A DNA stretch of 63,270 nucleotides, the filler included. It is 5 parts of 5 records of this genome, joined end to end, with 100 filler letters (N's around TTAATTAATTAA, not from the genome) between each part and the next. Parts side by side here need not be neighbours in the genome. Positions count along the whole stretch, not along the records: positions 39,987 to 48,844 come from SRR20825010_180; positions 48,945 to 63,270 come from SRR20825010_184; 3 more parts are not named here. The stretch is one strand, 5' to 3'. Under the pieces are notes generated by a model. The model made no database searches. It was not told the origin of the DNA and saw nothing but the letters and a program-made list of their open reading frames with translations. The translations under genes and the position numbers were made by a program. Below are positions 48,126-57,202 of the stretch, in pieces. Position 1 is the stretch's first letter, and each line of letters begins with the position of its first letter.

Positions 48126-48611
48126 ATGAAACTCGTATCAAGCCTTTCACTTGCCACGGCCGAAAAGCTCATGGACGCAGTGCTCAAGACCGGTCGCAAG
48201 GAACAAATGAAACCCCTTACCGTTGCAGTACTTGATTCCGGCGGGCGTCTTGTTGCAATGAAATCAGAGGATGGCAGCGGTCTTTTGCGCTTTGACATTG
48301 CCTATGGCAAAGCATGGGGGGCGCTTGGCATGGGCCTTTCAAGCAGAACCATCCGTGATTATCTGGCAGCCCGGCCATCGTTCCAGACCTCGTTGGCTGT
48401 TGCTTCTGACGGGCGTTTCATTCCTGTGCCGGGTGGAGTTCTCATTGAGAATTCCGACGGCATGGTCATCGGGGCCGTTGGGGTCAGCGGCGATACTTCT
48501 GAAAAAGACGAATACTGCGCAGTCCTAGCTATTCAGGTAACCGGCTACACATCAAAACCAGCGGATATTGATCCGAACTGGCAGGCATCCTCCCTATCAG
48601 ATCAGCATTGA
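48126..48611 (+). CDS. GlcG/HbpS family haem-binding protein (DUF336)
   Basis: VAVLDSGG, IAYGKAWGA, PGGVLI and IGAVGVSG…DE motifs. Confidence 0.9.
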   Translation: MKLVSSLSLATAEKLMDAVLKTGRKEQMKPLTVAVLDSGGRLVAMKSEDGSGLLRFDIAYGKAWGALGMGLSSRTIRDYLAARPSFQTSLAVASDGRFIPVPGGVLIENSDGMVIGAVGVSGDTSEKDEYCAVLAIQVTGYTSKPADIDPNWQASSLSDQH

Positions 48612-48673
48612 TCAATGCAAACTCGCATTGATTTCCCCTCACTATCTTAGGGGGTGATCTGTAGGTGAAGCCT

Positions 48674-48708
48674 CGGGGTTTCAGGTCATACTGGAACCCC
48701 GTTTTTTT
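48674..48708 (+). terminator. Rho-independent terminator
   Basis: CGGGGTTTCAG…CTGGAACCCCG followed by T7. Confidence 0.85.
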
Positions 48709-48739
48709 AACTCAGCGCGCCTACACACAAACATCAGAC

Positions 48740-48778
48740 AAAAAACAGGCTGCCCTTTCATTCGGGGCAGCCTGTTTT
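48740..48778 (-). terminator. Rho-independent terminator of a convergent gene beyond the contig end
   Basis: A6-CAGGCTGCCC…GGGCAGCCTG-T4. Confidence 0.7.
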
Positions 48779-48844
48779 GGATCGGCCATATTGCGCGTCA
48801 AAGATCAAACTTAATGATCACAGCCGGGCGATATCATGGTGAAA

Positions 48845-48944
48845 NNNNNNNNNNNNNNNNNNNNNNNNNNNNNNNNNNNNNNNNNNNNTTAATTAATTAA
48901 NNNNNNNNNNNNNNNNNNNNNNNNNNNNNNNNNNNNNNNNNNNN
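48845..48944. other. Artificial contig-joining spacer
   Basis: N44-TTAATTAATTAA-N44. Confidence 0.99.
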
Positions 48945-49024
48945 GGCTCCGCCATCCATGGCTCCGCACATTTTCGGAAGGGGTGTTCGTCATTACTCGC
49001 CTGATTGGTTGTTGGCCTGGCAAT

Positions 49025-49063
49025 AAAAAACCGCCCGTGAGCGTTTGCTCAGGGGCGGTTTTT
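49025..49063 (-). terminator. Rho-independent terminator of trxA (bidirectional)
   Basis: A6-CCGCCCGTGAGC…GCTCAGGGGCGG-T5. Confidence 0.85.
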
Positions 49064-49079
49064 GGCCAACTCGCAGCAA

Positions 49080-49406
49080 TCAGAGGTTGCTGTCGAGGAA
49101 CGCAGCCAGCTGTGACTTGGACAGTGCGCCTACTTTGGTGGCGTCCACGTTGCCGTTCTTGAACAGCATCAGGGTGGGGATGCCGCGGATGTTGAATTTG
49201 GGCGGGGTCTGCTCGTTTTCGTCGATGTTCAGTTTGCAGACTTTCAGCTTGCCTTCGTACTCTTCAGCCATCTCTTCCAGGACTGGCGCGATCATCTTGC
49301 ATGGGCCGCACCATTCTGCCCAGTAGTCGACCAGTACCGGTACGTCTGACTGCAGTACATCCTGCTCAAAAGAGGCATCTGTAACGTTTACAATATTTCC
49401 GCTCAT
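49080..49406 (-). CDS. trxA: Thioredoxin
   Basis: [10 protein letters not shown] and IRGIPTL motifs. Confidence 0.97.
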   Translation of the reverse strand: MSGNIVNVTDASFEQDVLQSDVPVLVDYWAEWCGPCKMIAPVLEEMAEEYEGKLKVCKLNIDENEQTPPKFNIRGIPTLMLFKNGNVDATKVGALSKSQLAAFLDSNL

Positions 49407-49779
49407 TTCAGTTTCCCGATTCGTGCACCCAACAGCGGCTCTGGCCGCCTGAATGATGCTGTTGACTGTTCTGACAGTTGCCGCAAAAGGCTTGGGGCAA
49501 CCGATTTCCTAAATTATTGTAAGCCTTACTTTACGCGATTGGTCAGGCGTATGTGAAGCGCTTCGTTCCACCCCGGCACTTCGGATTACCCTCATCCTGA
49601 GCAATACCGCCCCATTGCGTTACACCGCATATCGCTTATAGTAATCCCCAGGCATGGTGGTTAAACGTCCACTTTCGCCCTGATAACAATGGTTACATGA
49701 ACGCTGCCGAGTTTCCGGCATGCAGTCTTTCAAGCTCCCTTCCCTCTATTTAGGGCCTGGCAGAAGGAATTCATTACAC

Positions 49780-51291
49780 GTGACGGCCAACTCTTCCGCC
49801 ACCCCGCCAGAACTGCTCGCTGCAATCGATATGGGCTCCAACAGTTTCCACATGGTGGTCGCCCGCCTGGTTCACGGTGAGATCCGCACCCTGGAGAAGA
49901 TGGGGGAGAAGGTACAGCTCGGTGCCGGGCTGGACAGTCATAACCGTCTGACCGAAGACGCCCAGGAACGTGCCCTGGCCTGCCTTAGCCGTTTTGCCCA
50001 GAGGCTTCAGGGCATGCCACCGGAGGCGGTTCAGGTGGTGGGCACCAACGCGTTGCGGGTGGCGCGCAACGCCCATGAATTCATGACCCGGGCGGAAGAG
50101 GTGCTGGGATACCCGGTGGAGATCATTGCCGGCCGGGAGGAGGCCCGTCTGATTTACCTGGGAGTATCACACACCCTGTCGGATGACAGTGGCCGGCGAC
50201 TGGTGATTGACATCGGGGGCGGTAGTACCGAGTTTATCATCGGGGAACGCTTCGAACCCCAGGAGCTCGAAAGTCTGCACATGGGCTGCGTGTCGTTCCG
50301 CAACCGATACTTTCCTGACGGCAAGATCACCCGCAAGCAAATGGATAAGGCCGTTACCCACGCCGAACAGGAACTGCTCAACATCCGTCAGCATTTCCGC
50401 AACAAGGGTTGGCAAAGCGCTGTAGGGTCATCCGGCTCAATCAAGGCGATTGCCAGCGTGTTGACCAGCCTCAGGATCACTGACGGCACCATCACCCTGG
50501 ACGCGATGATGGAACTCAGGACCCGGCTGGTCGATATGGGCAAGGCTGAGAAGCTCGGTGACCTGGGCGTCCGCGCCGATCGCCAAAGTATCTTCCCCGC
50601 GGGGTTTGCGATTTTGATGGGCGCGTTCCAGTCGCTGCGGATAACCGAAATGACGTTCGCTGATGGCGCCCTGAGGGAAGGCCTGCTGTACGACATCGCC
50701 GGCCGGATTCAGCACGAGGATGTAAGGGTACGAACAATTCAGGCCCTGCAGGAACGCTACCACGTAGACCAGGAACACGGCAGCGCGGTGGAACACACCG
50801 CCATCGCGGCCTGGAGACAGGTGGCGAGCACTTGGGAGCTGAACACAGCAGTTGATGAAGAAGTGCTGCGCTGGGCCTGCCGGCTGCATGAAATCGGCCT
50901 GACCATTTCACACAGCCAGTACCACAAGCACGGCGCCTACCTGCTGCGGTATTCCGACCTACCCGGCTTCAGTCAACAGTTTCAGCGCGATCTGGCAACC
51001 CTGGTTCGTGGGCACCGGCGCAAGTTCTCTTCCGCCATTTTCGACGGGCTGAACCCCGAAGACATTCCCCGTCTACGCTACCTGTGCGTGCTGGTTCGAC
51101 TGGCAGTGCTACTGCAGCATCCGCGGAATCATGAGCAGCCCCCCGAATTCCGCCTGCACCCGTCCACCAATGGTCTGGCCGTGGAATTCACTGAAGGGTG
51201 GCTGGATGAACGCCCGCTAACCCTGGCCGATCTTGAAAACGAACGGGATTACCTGGCCAAACAGGATTTCACCCTGGAGGTGAAATTCTAG
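49780..51291 (+). CDS. ppx: Exopolyphosphatase (Ppx/GppA family)
   Basis: AIDMGSNSFH, EEARLIY, DIGGGSTE, GALREG and LHEIG motifs. GTG start after AGAAGGA. Confidence 0.95.
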   Translation: MTANSSATPPELLAAIDMGSNSFHMVVARLVHGEIRTLEKMGEKVQLGAGLDSHNRLTEDAQERALACLSRFAQRLQGMPPEAVQVVGTNALRVARNAHEFMTRAEEVLGYPVEIIAGREEARLIYLGVSHTLSDDSGRRLVIDIGGGSTEFIIGERFEPQELESLHMGCVSFRNRYFPDGKITRKQMDKAVTHAEQELLNIRQHFRNKGWQSAVGSSGSIKAIASVLTSLRITDGTITLDAMMELRTRLVDMGKAEKLGDLGVRADRQSIFPAGFAILMGAFQSLRITEMTFADGALREGLLYDIAGRIQHEDVRVRTIQALQERYHVDQEHGSAVEHTAIAAWRQVASTWELNTAVDEEVLRWACRLHEIGLTISHSQYHKHGAYLLRYSDLPGFSQQFQRDLATLVRGHRRKFSSAIFDGLNPEDIPRLRYLCVLVRLAVLLQHPRNHEQPPEFRLHPSTNGLAVEFTEGWLDERPLTLADLENERDYLAKQDFTLEVKF

Positions 51292-53243
51292 GGCGTTAGC
51301 TCTGCCTCAAGGCTCTCGACCGTTTCGCTGATTTCAAGCCATTCGGCTTCTACCTCTGCCAGACGACTCTTTGCTGCGGCCTGTTGACCCAAAAGCTCCT
51401 TTAGCTTCTGCTTACCCTGATCGGCATAGAGCTCCGGCTCTGAAAGGCTCTGCTCCAGTGTCACCAACGTGGACTGGAGCTGATCCATCTCTTTCTCCAG
51501 AGCCCCCTGTTGCTTGCGATAGGGGCTAAGTTTCTGGCGAATGGCCGCCTCCGCCCGCTTGCGGGCCTTGCGATCTTCGGCGTTCTCACCCGCACCACTA
51601 TCCGCAGCCAATGCGTTACCGCCTGCGGCCTGGGCCTCACTACTTTCCCGGCGTGGAGCTTCGGTTTCGTCCTTGCGACGGTCCGCCAGCCAGCGCTCAT
51701 AGTCTTCCAGGTCGCCTTCGTATTCCGTAACCCGACCCTCGTTCACCAGCCAGAAGTCATCAACCGTGTTACGCAGCAGGTGACGATCATGGGAAACCAC
51801 CACAATCGCCCCCTCAAAGTTTTGCAGCGCCATGGTCAGGGCTTGACGCATCTCCAGGTCTAGGTGGTTGGTGGGCTCGTCCAGCAGCAACAGGTTGGGC
51901 TTTTGCCAGGCAATCACCGCCAGCGCCACACGGGCCTTTTCACCACCGGAGAATGAACGAATAGCACTCAAGGCCTCGTCGCCGTGGAAGTCAAAGCCTC
52001 CCAAAAAATTACGGACACTTTGCTCGGAGGCTTTCGGGGCCAGCCGCTGCAGGTGCAGGAACGGGCTTGCGTCCAGGTCCAGCGACTCCAACTGATGCTG
52101 GGCAAAATAACCGATCTCCACATGTTCTCCCGTGGTCCGCTCCCCCCGCAACAGGGTGCTTTGCCCCCGCAGGGCATCCATCAACGTGGACTTGCCCGCA
52201 CCATTGGGGCCCAAGAGACCAATACGACTGCCCGGCAGCAGTGACAAGTTGATGCCTTCGAGTACAACGGCGTCGCCATAACCCGCCGCGCCGTTACGAA
52301 TCGACATCAGCGGATTGGACACTTTATCGGCTACCGGAAACTCGAAACTGAACGGGGAATCCACATGGGCCGGAGCAATCTTTTCCATGCGCTCCAGCGC
52401 TTTGACCCGGCTCTGGGCCTGGCGGGCTTTGGTGGCTTTTGCTTTAAAACGATCGATGAAACGCTGGATCTCGGCAATTCTTGCCTGCTGGCGCTCATAC
52501 CCGGCCTGCTGCTGGGCAATGCGCTCACTGCGCTGGGTCTCAAATGATGAGTAATTACCCGTATACAGGTCCAGCCGCCGCTGGTCGAAATGCACCAGGT
52601 GAGTCGCCACACGGTCCATGAAGTCCCGGTCGTGGGAAATGAACAGCAGGGTGCCCTCGTACCGCCGCAGCCAGTTCTCAAGCCAAAGACAGGCGTCCAG
52701 GTCCAGGTGGTTGGTGGGCTCGTCCAACAACAACAGGTCGGACGGGCGCATCAACGCCTGGGCCAGGTTGAGGCGTATCCGCCAGCCGCCGGAAAACGAA
52801 GACACTGGCCGATCAGCGTCGGCATCCGAAAACCCCAAACCTCTCAGCAACGCTTCCGCGCGGCGAGGCGCAGACCAGGCTTCATGGATGTCGAGCTCGC
52901 CATGAATACGGGCAATGCGGTGATCGTCACCCCGCTCTTCGGCGTCAGCCAACTCTGACTCCATGCGTCGCAGATCATAGTCGCCATCCAGCACAAAATC
53001 CCGGGCCGTGCGGGACGAGGCGGCCACTTCCTGAGCCATGTGAGCGATTCGGCACCCTCCGGGCAAAGACGCACTGCCCTGCTCCGGCGCCAGCTGCCCC
53101 AGCAATAACTGGAACAAACTGGACTTGCCAGCGCCATTGGCACCCACTATCGCTACCCGTTGGCCGGGCTGGATGGTCAGGTTGACGGCTTCTAGCAACC
53201 AGACGCCACCTCGTTGTAAACTGAGATCGGTTATCGTAAGCAT
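51288..53243 (-). CDS. ABC-F family ATP-binding protein (YheS-like)
   Basis: Two ABC domains (GANGAGKS/FSGGW/LDEPTNHLD; GPNGAGKS/FSGGEK/LDEPTNHLD), no TM segments, coiled-coil tail. Confidence 0.93.
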   Translation of the reverse strand: MLTITDLSLQRGGVWLLEAVNLTIQPGQRVAIVGANGAGKSSLFQLLLGQLAPEQGSASLPGGCRIAHMAQEVAASSRTARDFVLDGDYDLRRMESELADAEERGDDHRIARIHGELDIHEAWSAPRRAEALLRGLGFSDADADRPVSSFSGGWRIRLNLAQALMRPSDLLLLDEPTNHLDLDACLWLENWLRRYEGTLLFISHDRDFMDRVATHLVHFDQRRLDLYTGNYSSFETQRSERIAQQQAGYERQQARIAEIQRFIDRFKAKATKARQAQSRVKALERMEKIAPAHVDSPFSFEFPVADKVSNPLMSIRNGAAGYGDAVVLEGINLSLLPGSRIGLLGPNGAGKSTLMDALRGQSTLLRGERTTGEHVEIGYFAQHQLESLDLDASPFLHLQRLAPKASEQSVRNFLGGFDFHGDEALSAIRSFSGGEKARVALAVIAWQKPNLLLLDEPTNHLDLEMRQALTMALQNFEGAIVVVSHDRHLLRNTVDDFWLVNEGRVTEYEGDLEDYERWLADRRKDETEAPRRESSEAQAAGGNALAADSGAGENAEDRKARKRAEAAIRQKLSPYRKQQGALEKEMDQLQSTLVTLEQSLSEPELYADQGKQKLKELLGQQAAAKSRLAEVEAEWLEISETVESLEAELTP

Positions 53244-53291
53244 AACGTAATGGTATCAAGGAACGTTTGATAAGGAACCGGCCTGGCCCCT

Positions 53292-53822
53292 ATGGCGTGT
53301 AGCGGTAGCAAGATACCTGAGGATGCAGATCCGGAAAACCCATTGTGGCGGTTTGCCTGCCGTTTCTGGGAGTCCTCTGCAGCACGGGATGCGTGCCTCG
53401 GCCTGCAGGACCGAGGCTGGAGCGTTACCCGGATTCTCTGCGCAGCGTGGCTGACCACCTCAGGCAACGTGCTTCCGGGCACTGAGAGCGCGCAGGTAAC
53501 CGCATGGCGGCGCCAAGTCACGGAGCCGCTTCGATCAGCGAAGAAAACCATTACGAAGAATGACCCCGGCACTGCTATTGTAAGAGAGTGCATCGCCCGT
53601 AGCGAACTTGAAGCGGAACGGGTGGAGTTGGCCTTGGCCTATCAGGCTCTGGTTTCAAACAAACATACAGGCAGCGGTGAGGCAACAATGGCCAATCTGG
53701 CCCTCAGCAACTTGCTCGCCGCAGCACCAGAGAAGACAATGGATAACGAGACCGGCAGCTTGCTGGACATTTTGACCAGAGAACTGTCGACCCTCGTTGA
53801 AGGAGATAACAAGCCATGTTGA
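53292..53822 (+). CDS. TIGR02444 family protein
   Basis: NPLWRFA…ACLGLQD…WRRQVTEPLR…ELEAERVE pattern. Divergent from the ABC-F gene. Confidence 0.8.
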   Translation: MACSGSKIPEDADPENPLWRFACRFWESSAARDACLGLQDRGWSVTRILCAAWLTTSGNVLPGTESAQVTAWRRQVTEPLRSAKKTITKNDPGTAIVRECIARSELEAERVELALAYQALVSNKHTGSGEATMANLALSNLLAAAPEKTMDNETGSLLDILTRELSTLVEGDNKPC

Positions 53823-54202
53823 TGAAATGGCTAATCCGGCTGGCGTTTCCCGCTCTCGGCGTCCTGGTGGCACTGATGTTTTTCGGCCTGAATGACCCCG
53901 CCGAAACCACCAGCAAACCCGCAAAGGCCGAAACCAACGCCGAAATTCCCGCGTTTGAGGGCCTGGTTCCCTCACCGGTTCCAACTGAAGGGCCCGACAT
54001 CGTCTTCAAGTGGAAGGATAGCGACGGCAGCTGGCACTACGCTGACAAGCCACCTGCGCAAGGGCCCTGGAACGCGCTGGCAATAGAGCGATCTGAAAGC
54101 AAGAGCGTACGCCCGCCCGTGTCCGACTCGGAAACCGATTGGCAATCGCCCTACCGCGCACCTTTTTCGCTCGGCCCTGACACTGCCAATAACGGTAGTT
54201 GA
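53816..54202 (+). CDS. DUF4124-domain membrane-anchored protein
   Basis: N-terminal TM helix and the VFKWKDSDGSWHYADKPP motif. Confidence 0.75.
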   Translation: MLMKWLIRLAFPALGVLVALMFFGLNDPAETTSKPAKAETNAEIPAFEGLVPSPVPTEGPDIVFKWKDSDGSWHYADKPPAQGPWNALAIERSESKSVRPPVSDSETDWQSPYRAPFSLGPDTANNGS

Positions 54203-54307
54203 GATTACTCCCTTCCTTAACACATGTTCAGTGGCATCTGGCGACAGAACCCGTTACCTTTTGTGCGTTCCCGATCATTCAACGCAAGCTTAACTAAGGA
54301 CGATGTA

Positions 54308-55018
54308 ATGAGAAAAACCCTGATCGCACTGTCTGTGGCCGGTGTCATGGCAGGCTGTTCTTCTTCCCAGGAAGCGGTTCCGGAAGATCCGGCGCTGGAA
54401 TCCACGGATGAGAAAGTCAGCTACGGCATGGGCCTGGTCATGGGCCAGAGAATGAGCAACGACCTGCCGAACCTTAAGATGGAGCAATTCCTCCAAGGCA
54501 TTCAGCACGGCCACGACGGCGATGAAGAACAGACGCGAATGAGCCGTGAGGAAATCCAGGAAGCCCTGATGGCCTACCAGACTCAGCTCCAGGAGCAGGA
54601 GTCGGCCCAGGCGGAAGAACTGGCGAAGAAAAATCAGGAAGCCGGGGAACAGTTCCTCGCGGAGAACGCCAAACGCGACGGCGTCAAAACCACGGAATCC
54701 GGCCTGCAATATGAAATCCTGGAAGAAGGCGATGGTGAAAAGCCGACGGCCGAAGACCGCGTGCAGGTGCACTACACCGGCGAGTTGATCTCAGGCGAAG
54801 TGTTCGACAGCTCCCGCGAGCGCGGCGAGCCGGTCACCTTTGGACTGAATCAGGTCATACCGGGCTGGACCGAAGGACTGCAACTGATGTCTGAAGGCAG
54901 CAGGGCGAAACTCTACATTCCTTCGGAACTGGCTTATGGGCCTGGAGGAAACCAGCGGATCGGGCCCAACGAGACCCTGGTCTTCGACGTGGAACTTCTG
55001 GAAATCAATCCGGAATAA
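54308..55018 (+). CDS. FKBP-type peptidyl-prolyl cis-trans isomerase (FklB/FkpA/Mip-like), lipoprotein
   Basis: Lipobox VMAG-C; KVSYGMG, SGLQY, VHYTG, FDSS, VIPGWTEGL and LAYG motifs. Confidence 0.93.
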   Translation: MRKTLIALSVAGVMAGCSSSQEAVPEDPALESTDEKVSYGMGLVMGQRMSNDLPNLKMEQFLQGIQHGHDGDEEQTRMSREEIQEALMAYQTQLQEQESAQAEELAKKNQEAGEQFLAENAKRDGVKTTESGLQYEILEEGDGEKPTAEDRVQVHYTGELISGEVFDSSRERGEPVTFGLNQVIPGWTEGLQLMSEGSRAKLYIPSELAYGPGGNQRIGPNETLVFDVELLEINPE

Positions 55019-55091
55019 ATAAGCCGCTTGGCAACAACGGCCACTCCCCCCATTTCCTTTTGGAATCGGGGGGAGGTTTCAAGCCGTCACC

Positions 55092-55574
55092 TCAAGCCGA
55101 CGACATTACCTTGTCAGCATGGGCATTGTGCAGATGCTCAATCAGGAAATCTTCCATCTCAAACCGGCTTTCCAGAGTTTCACCGAGCTCTGATAGCTGC
55201 TGGAACAAATCGCGAACTTCGCTCTCCGTCAGCGACTGCCCGTTAAGGCGATCGTTGAAATTGAGTGCCGTTTCCGTGGTCTGCTCAATTTTCGGGTACA
55301 GCTTTGCCGCCAGCTCCAGTCCACCGTCGTTAAATTCACGGGCTTCCTGAACCAATTGCTCGTAAATTTCGAAGTGCCCTGCCGACACGTAATCCACCAG
55401 CACCTCACACAGCTTGATAAATTTCGTGCGCAGCGCCTCTGTCTGGGAATAGTCCGTCGTACCGGACAAATCGCAGTAGTGTACCAGCAGTTCCTGCCTT
55501 TCTTTCAGCCAGCGATCAATCAGCTCGCTGACGCCACCCCAACGCTCCCTGGCATTACGGCAATTATCCAACAT
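55092..55574 (-). CDS. rsd: Rsd/AlgQ anti-sigma-70 factor
   Basis: ERWGGV..LIDRWLKERQELLV, LVDYVSAGHFEIYE and RFEMEDFLI motifs. Confidence 0.95.
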   Translation of the reverse strand: MLDNCRNARERWGGVSELIDRWLKERQELLVHYCDLSGTTDYSQTEALRTKFIKLCEVLVDYVSAGHFEIYEQLVQEAREFNDGGLELAAKLYPKIEQTTETALNFNDRLNGQSLTESEVRDLFQQLSELGETLESRFEMEDFLIEHLHNAHADKVMSSA

Positions 55575-55615
55575 GACGCCTATCTCCGGTTACCGCGTTC
55601 TGGTTTGATTTCTGT

Positions 55616-55648
55616 TGTATCGAAACTCAAGTGTATCGAAACTCAAGT
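55616..55648. repeat. Exact 16-bp tandem duplication (TGTATCGAAACTCAAG)x2
   Basis: Seen directly in the dsbB-rsd intergenic region. Confidence 0.95.
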
Positions 55649-55679
55649 TACCCCATGCCAGCGGTCGGTCGCAACCGTT

Positions 55680-56186
55680 TCATCCCTGTATCCATTCCGG
55701 CTTTCTTGGGGGCCGGAACAGCATCACCAGGCCGACAATCACCAGCAACAAGAAAAAGATGGCCGTCCAGCCAGGAATACTGAGCCCCAGGAAACGCCAG
55801 GTCACTTCGGCGCAATCGCCCGTGCCTTTCAGCGCCGTGGTCAACACCTCCATCCAGGGCAACACATCCAGCATGTAATCCACCGATGGCCCGCAGGCCG
55901 GCACCTGATCCGCCGGCAGGCTTTGAAGCCACAGTTGTCGGCCCGCCATCGCCAGGCCAGCACCGGCGCTGACAGACAACAATAACCCATAGACCCTTGC
56001 ACCGAACCCATGGGGGCCATGGAGCGCTGCCAGGAGGCTGACGATGCCAGCGGCCATAAAACCGAATCGCTGCAGCCAACACAGAGGACAGGGCTCCAAC
56101 CCCATAACGTGCTCCATGTAGAAGGCCACGCCAAGCAGCCCGGCGCACAGCAGGAATATCAGAAAGAAAACGGCTCTGGAGTTCAA
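55680..56186 (-). CDS. dsbB: Disulfide bond formation protein DsbB
   Basis: LEPCPLCWLQR, VPACGP and GDCAEV motifs, four TM segments. Confidence 0.95.
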   Translation of the reverse strand: MNSRAVFFLIFLLCAGLLGVAFYMEHVMGLEPCPLCWLQRFGFMAAGIVSLLAALHGPHGFGARVYGLLLSVSAGAGLAMAGRQLWLQSLPADQVPACGPSVDYMLDVLPWMEVLTTALKGTGDCAEVTWRFLGLSIPGWTAIFFLLLVIVGLVMLFRPPRKPEWIQG

Positions 56187-56347
56187 AGGGGTACCTCGGG
56201 TTAACGTTCAGGTCAGTCTGTCGCCCGCCTTGGGCGGTAAAGCATCGGATGCTGCAACCGCGCATCGAGCCTGCTATTCTCCCAGCATCAGGTGGCGGCT
56301 GCGTGCGCCCAGCCACTTAACCTTAAACCAATACGAACTTCAAGCCT

Positions 56348-56800
56348 ATGACACTTAAGCCAAAGTACCTTCTGCTGGCCCTGTTTTTTGCCTTTCCCCT
56401 GGCTCCAACCGCCTTTGCCCAAGAGGAAGAAGGGGGAGACGAGACACAGGAAGAGCAGGAAAAGGAACCAGCCATCACGGACTACATCGAAATGGATCCG
56501 CCCTTTGTCACCCACGTGGGGGACCCGGGCACCAAACTGACCTATCTCAAGGCAGCGGTTACCATCAGGGCGTCGAAGGAAACCACCCGTCCGGCGGTGG
56601 AGGCACACATGCCCAGGCTACGTCATGAGCTGGTGATGCTGTTCGGGGAGCAGACTGACGCGGAACAGCTGTCCTCGACAGAGGGACAGCAGTCGCTGCG
56701 TGAAGAGGCCACGAAGAGAATAAACACGGCCCTGGAAGAGCAACAGACCGGTGAGAGCATTACCGGTGTGCTGTTTACGGAGTTCGTTGTACAGAAGTAA
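56348..56800 (+). CDS. fliL: FliL-like protein (stand-alone)
   Basis: Y..MDPPFVT…YLK…HMPRLRHELV.LF…EG…LREEA…VLFTEFVVQ pattern. Confidence 0.85.
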   Translation: MTLKPKYLLLALFFAFPLAPTAFAQEEEGGDETQEEQEKEPAITDYIEMDPPFVTHVGDPGTKLTYLKAAVTIRASKETTRPAVEAHMPRLRHELVMLFGEQTDAEQLSSTEGQQSLREEATKRINTALEEQQTGESITGVLFTEFVVQK

Positions 56801-56836
56801 TACAACGGCCGGGTGAGCAGGCGGCAAGCACAGGTA

Positions 56837-57049
56837 TCAGGCGATGCGGGAGAACAGGTCGTCGACCGGCCGCGCCTCATTGGTAACCTGTTCAGCGTCT
56901 TCCCATCCTGCTTCCCAGGCGGCAACAACAACTTCTCCGCGATAGGGACAGCGGCTGCGTTCCATGCCCATAGAGGCGGCCATATAGCCCTGGCGATAGG
57001 CTTTATTCAGGGACTCAACATCCCACCCTAACTTGATGTCTCTGGCCAT
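56837..57049 (-). CDS. Ribosome modulation factor-like (RMF/CrpP fold) small protein
   Basis: AYRQGYMA…RCPY…WEAGWED matches the RMF GY…CPY…W..GW signature. AAAGGGAGA RBS before ATG 57049. Confidence 0.75.
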   Translation of the reverse strand: MARDIKLGWDVESLNKAYRQGYMAASMGMERSRCPYRGEVVVAAWEAGWEDAEQVTNEARPVDDLFSRIA

Positions 57050-57202
57050 ACCGGTTCTCCCTTTACCTGTAGCCACCATCAGATGCTGTCACTCTGCTTA
57101 CAGAAATTAACAGCGCTAACCGAAGCTGACAAACGTTAATTACGTTTCTGTGCGACAGGTCCGGGGAGAGTGTGACGCCCGACCGGGAGGGGCACTCCCG
57201 GT

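Noticed and set aside
48811..48844. 3' end of a convergent gene at the contig edge
   Set aside because: About 10 codons in an ambiguous frame, too short to call.
57087..57102. CRP-like site TGTCA-N6-TTACA upstream of the RMF-like gene
   Set aside because: Both half-sites are mismatched, so it cannot be told from chance without comparative data.
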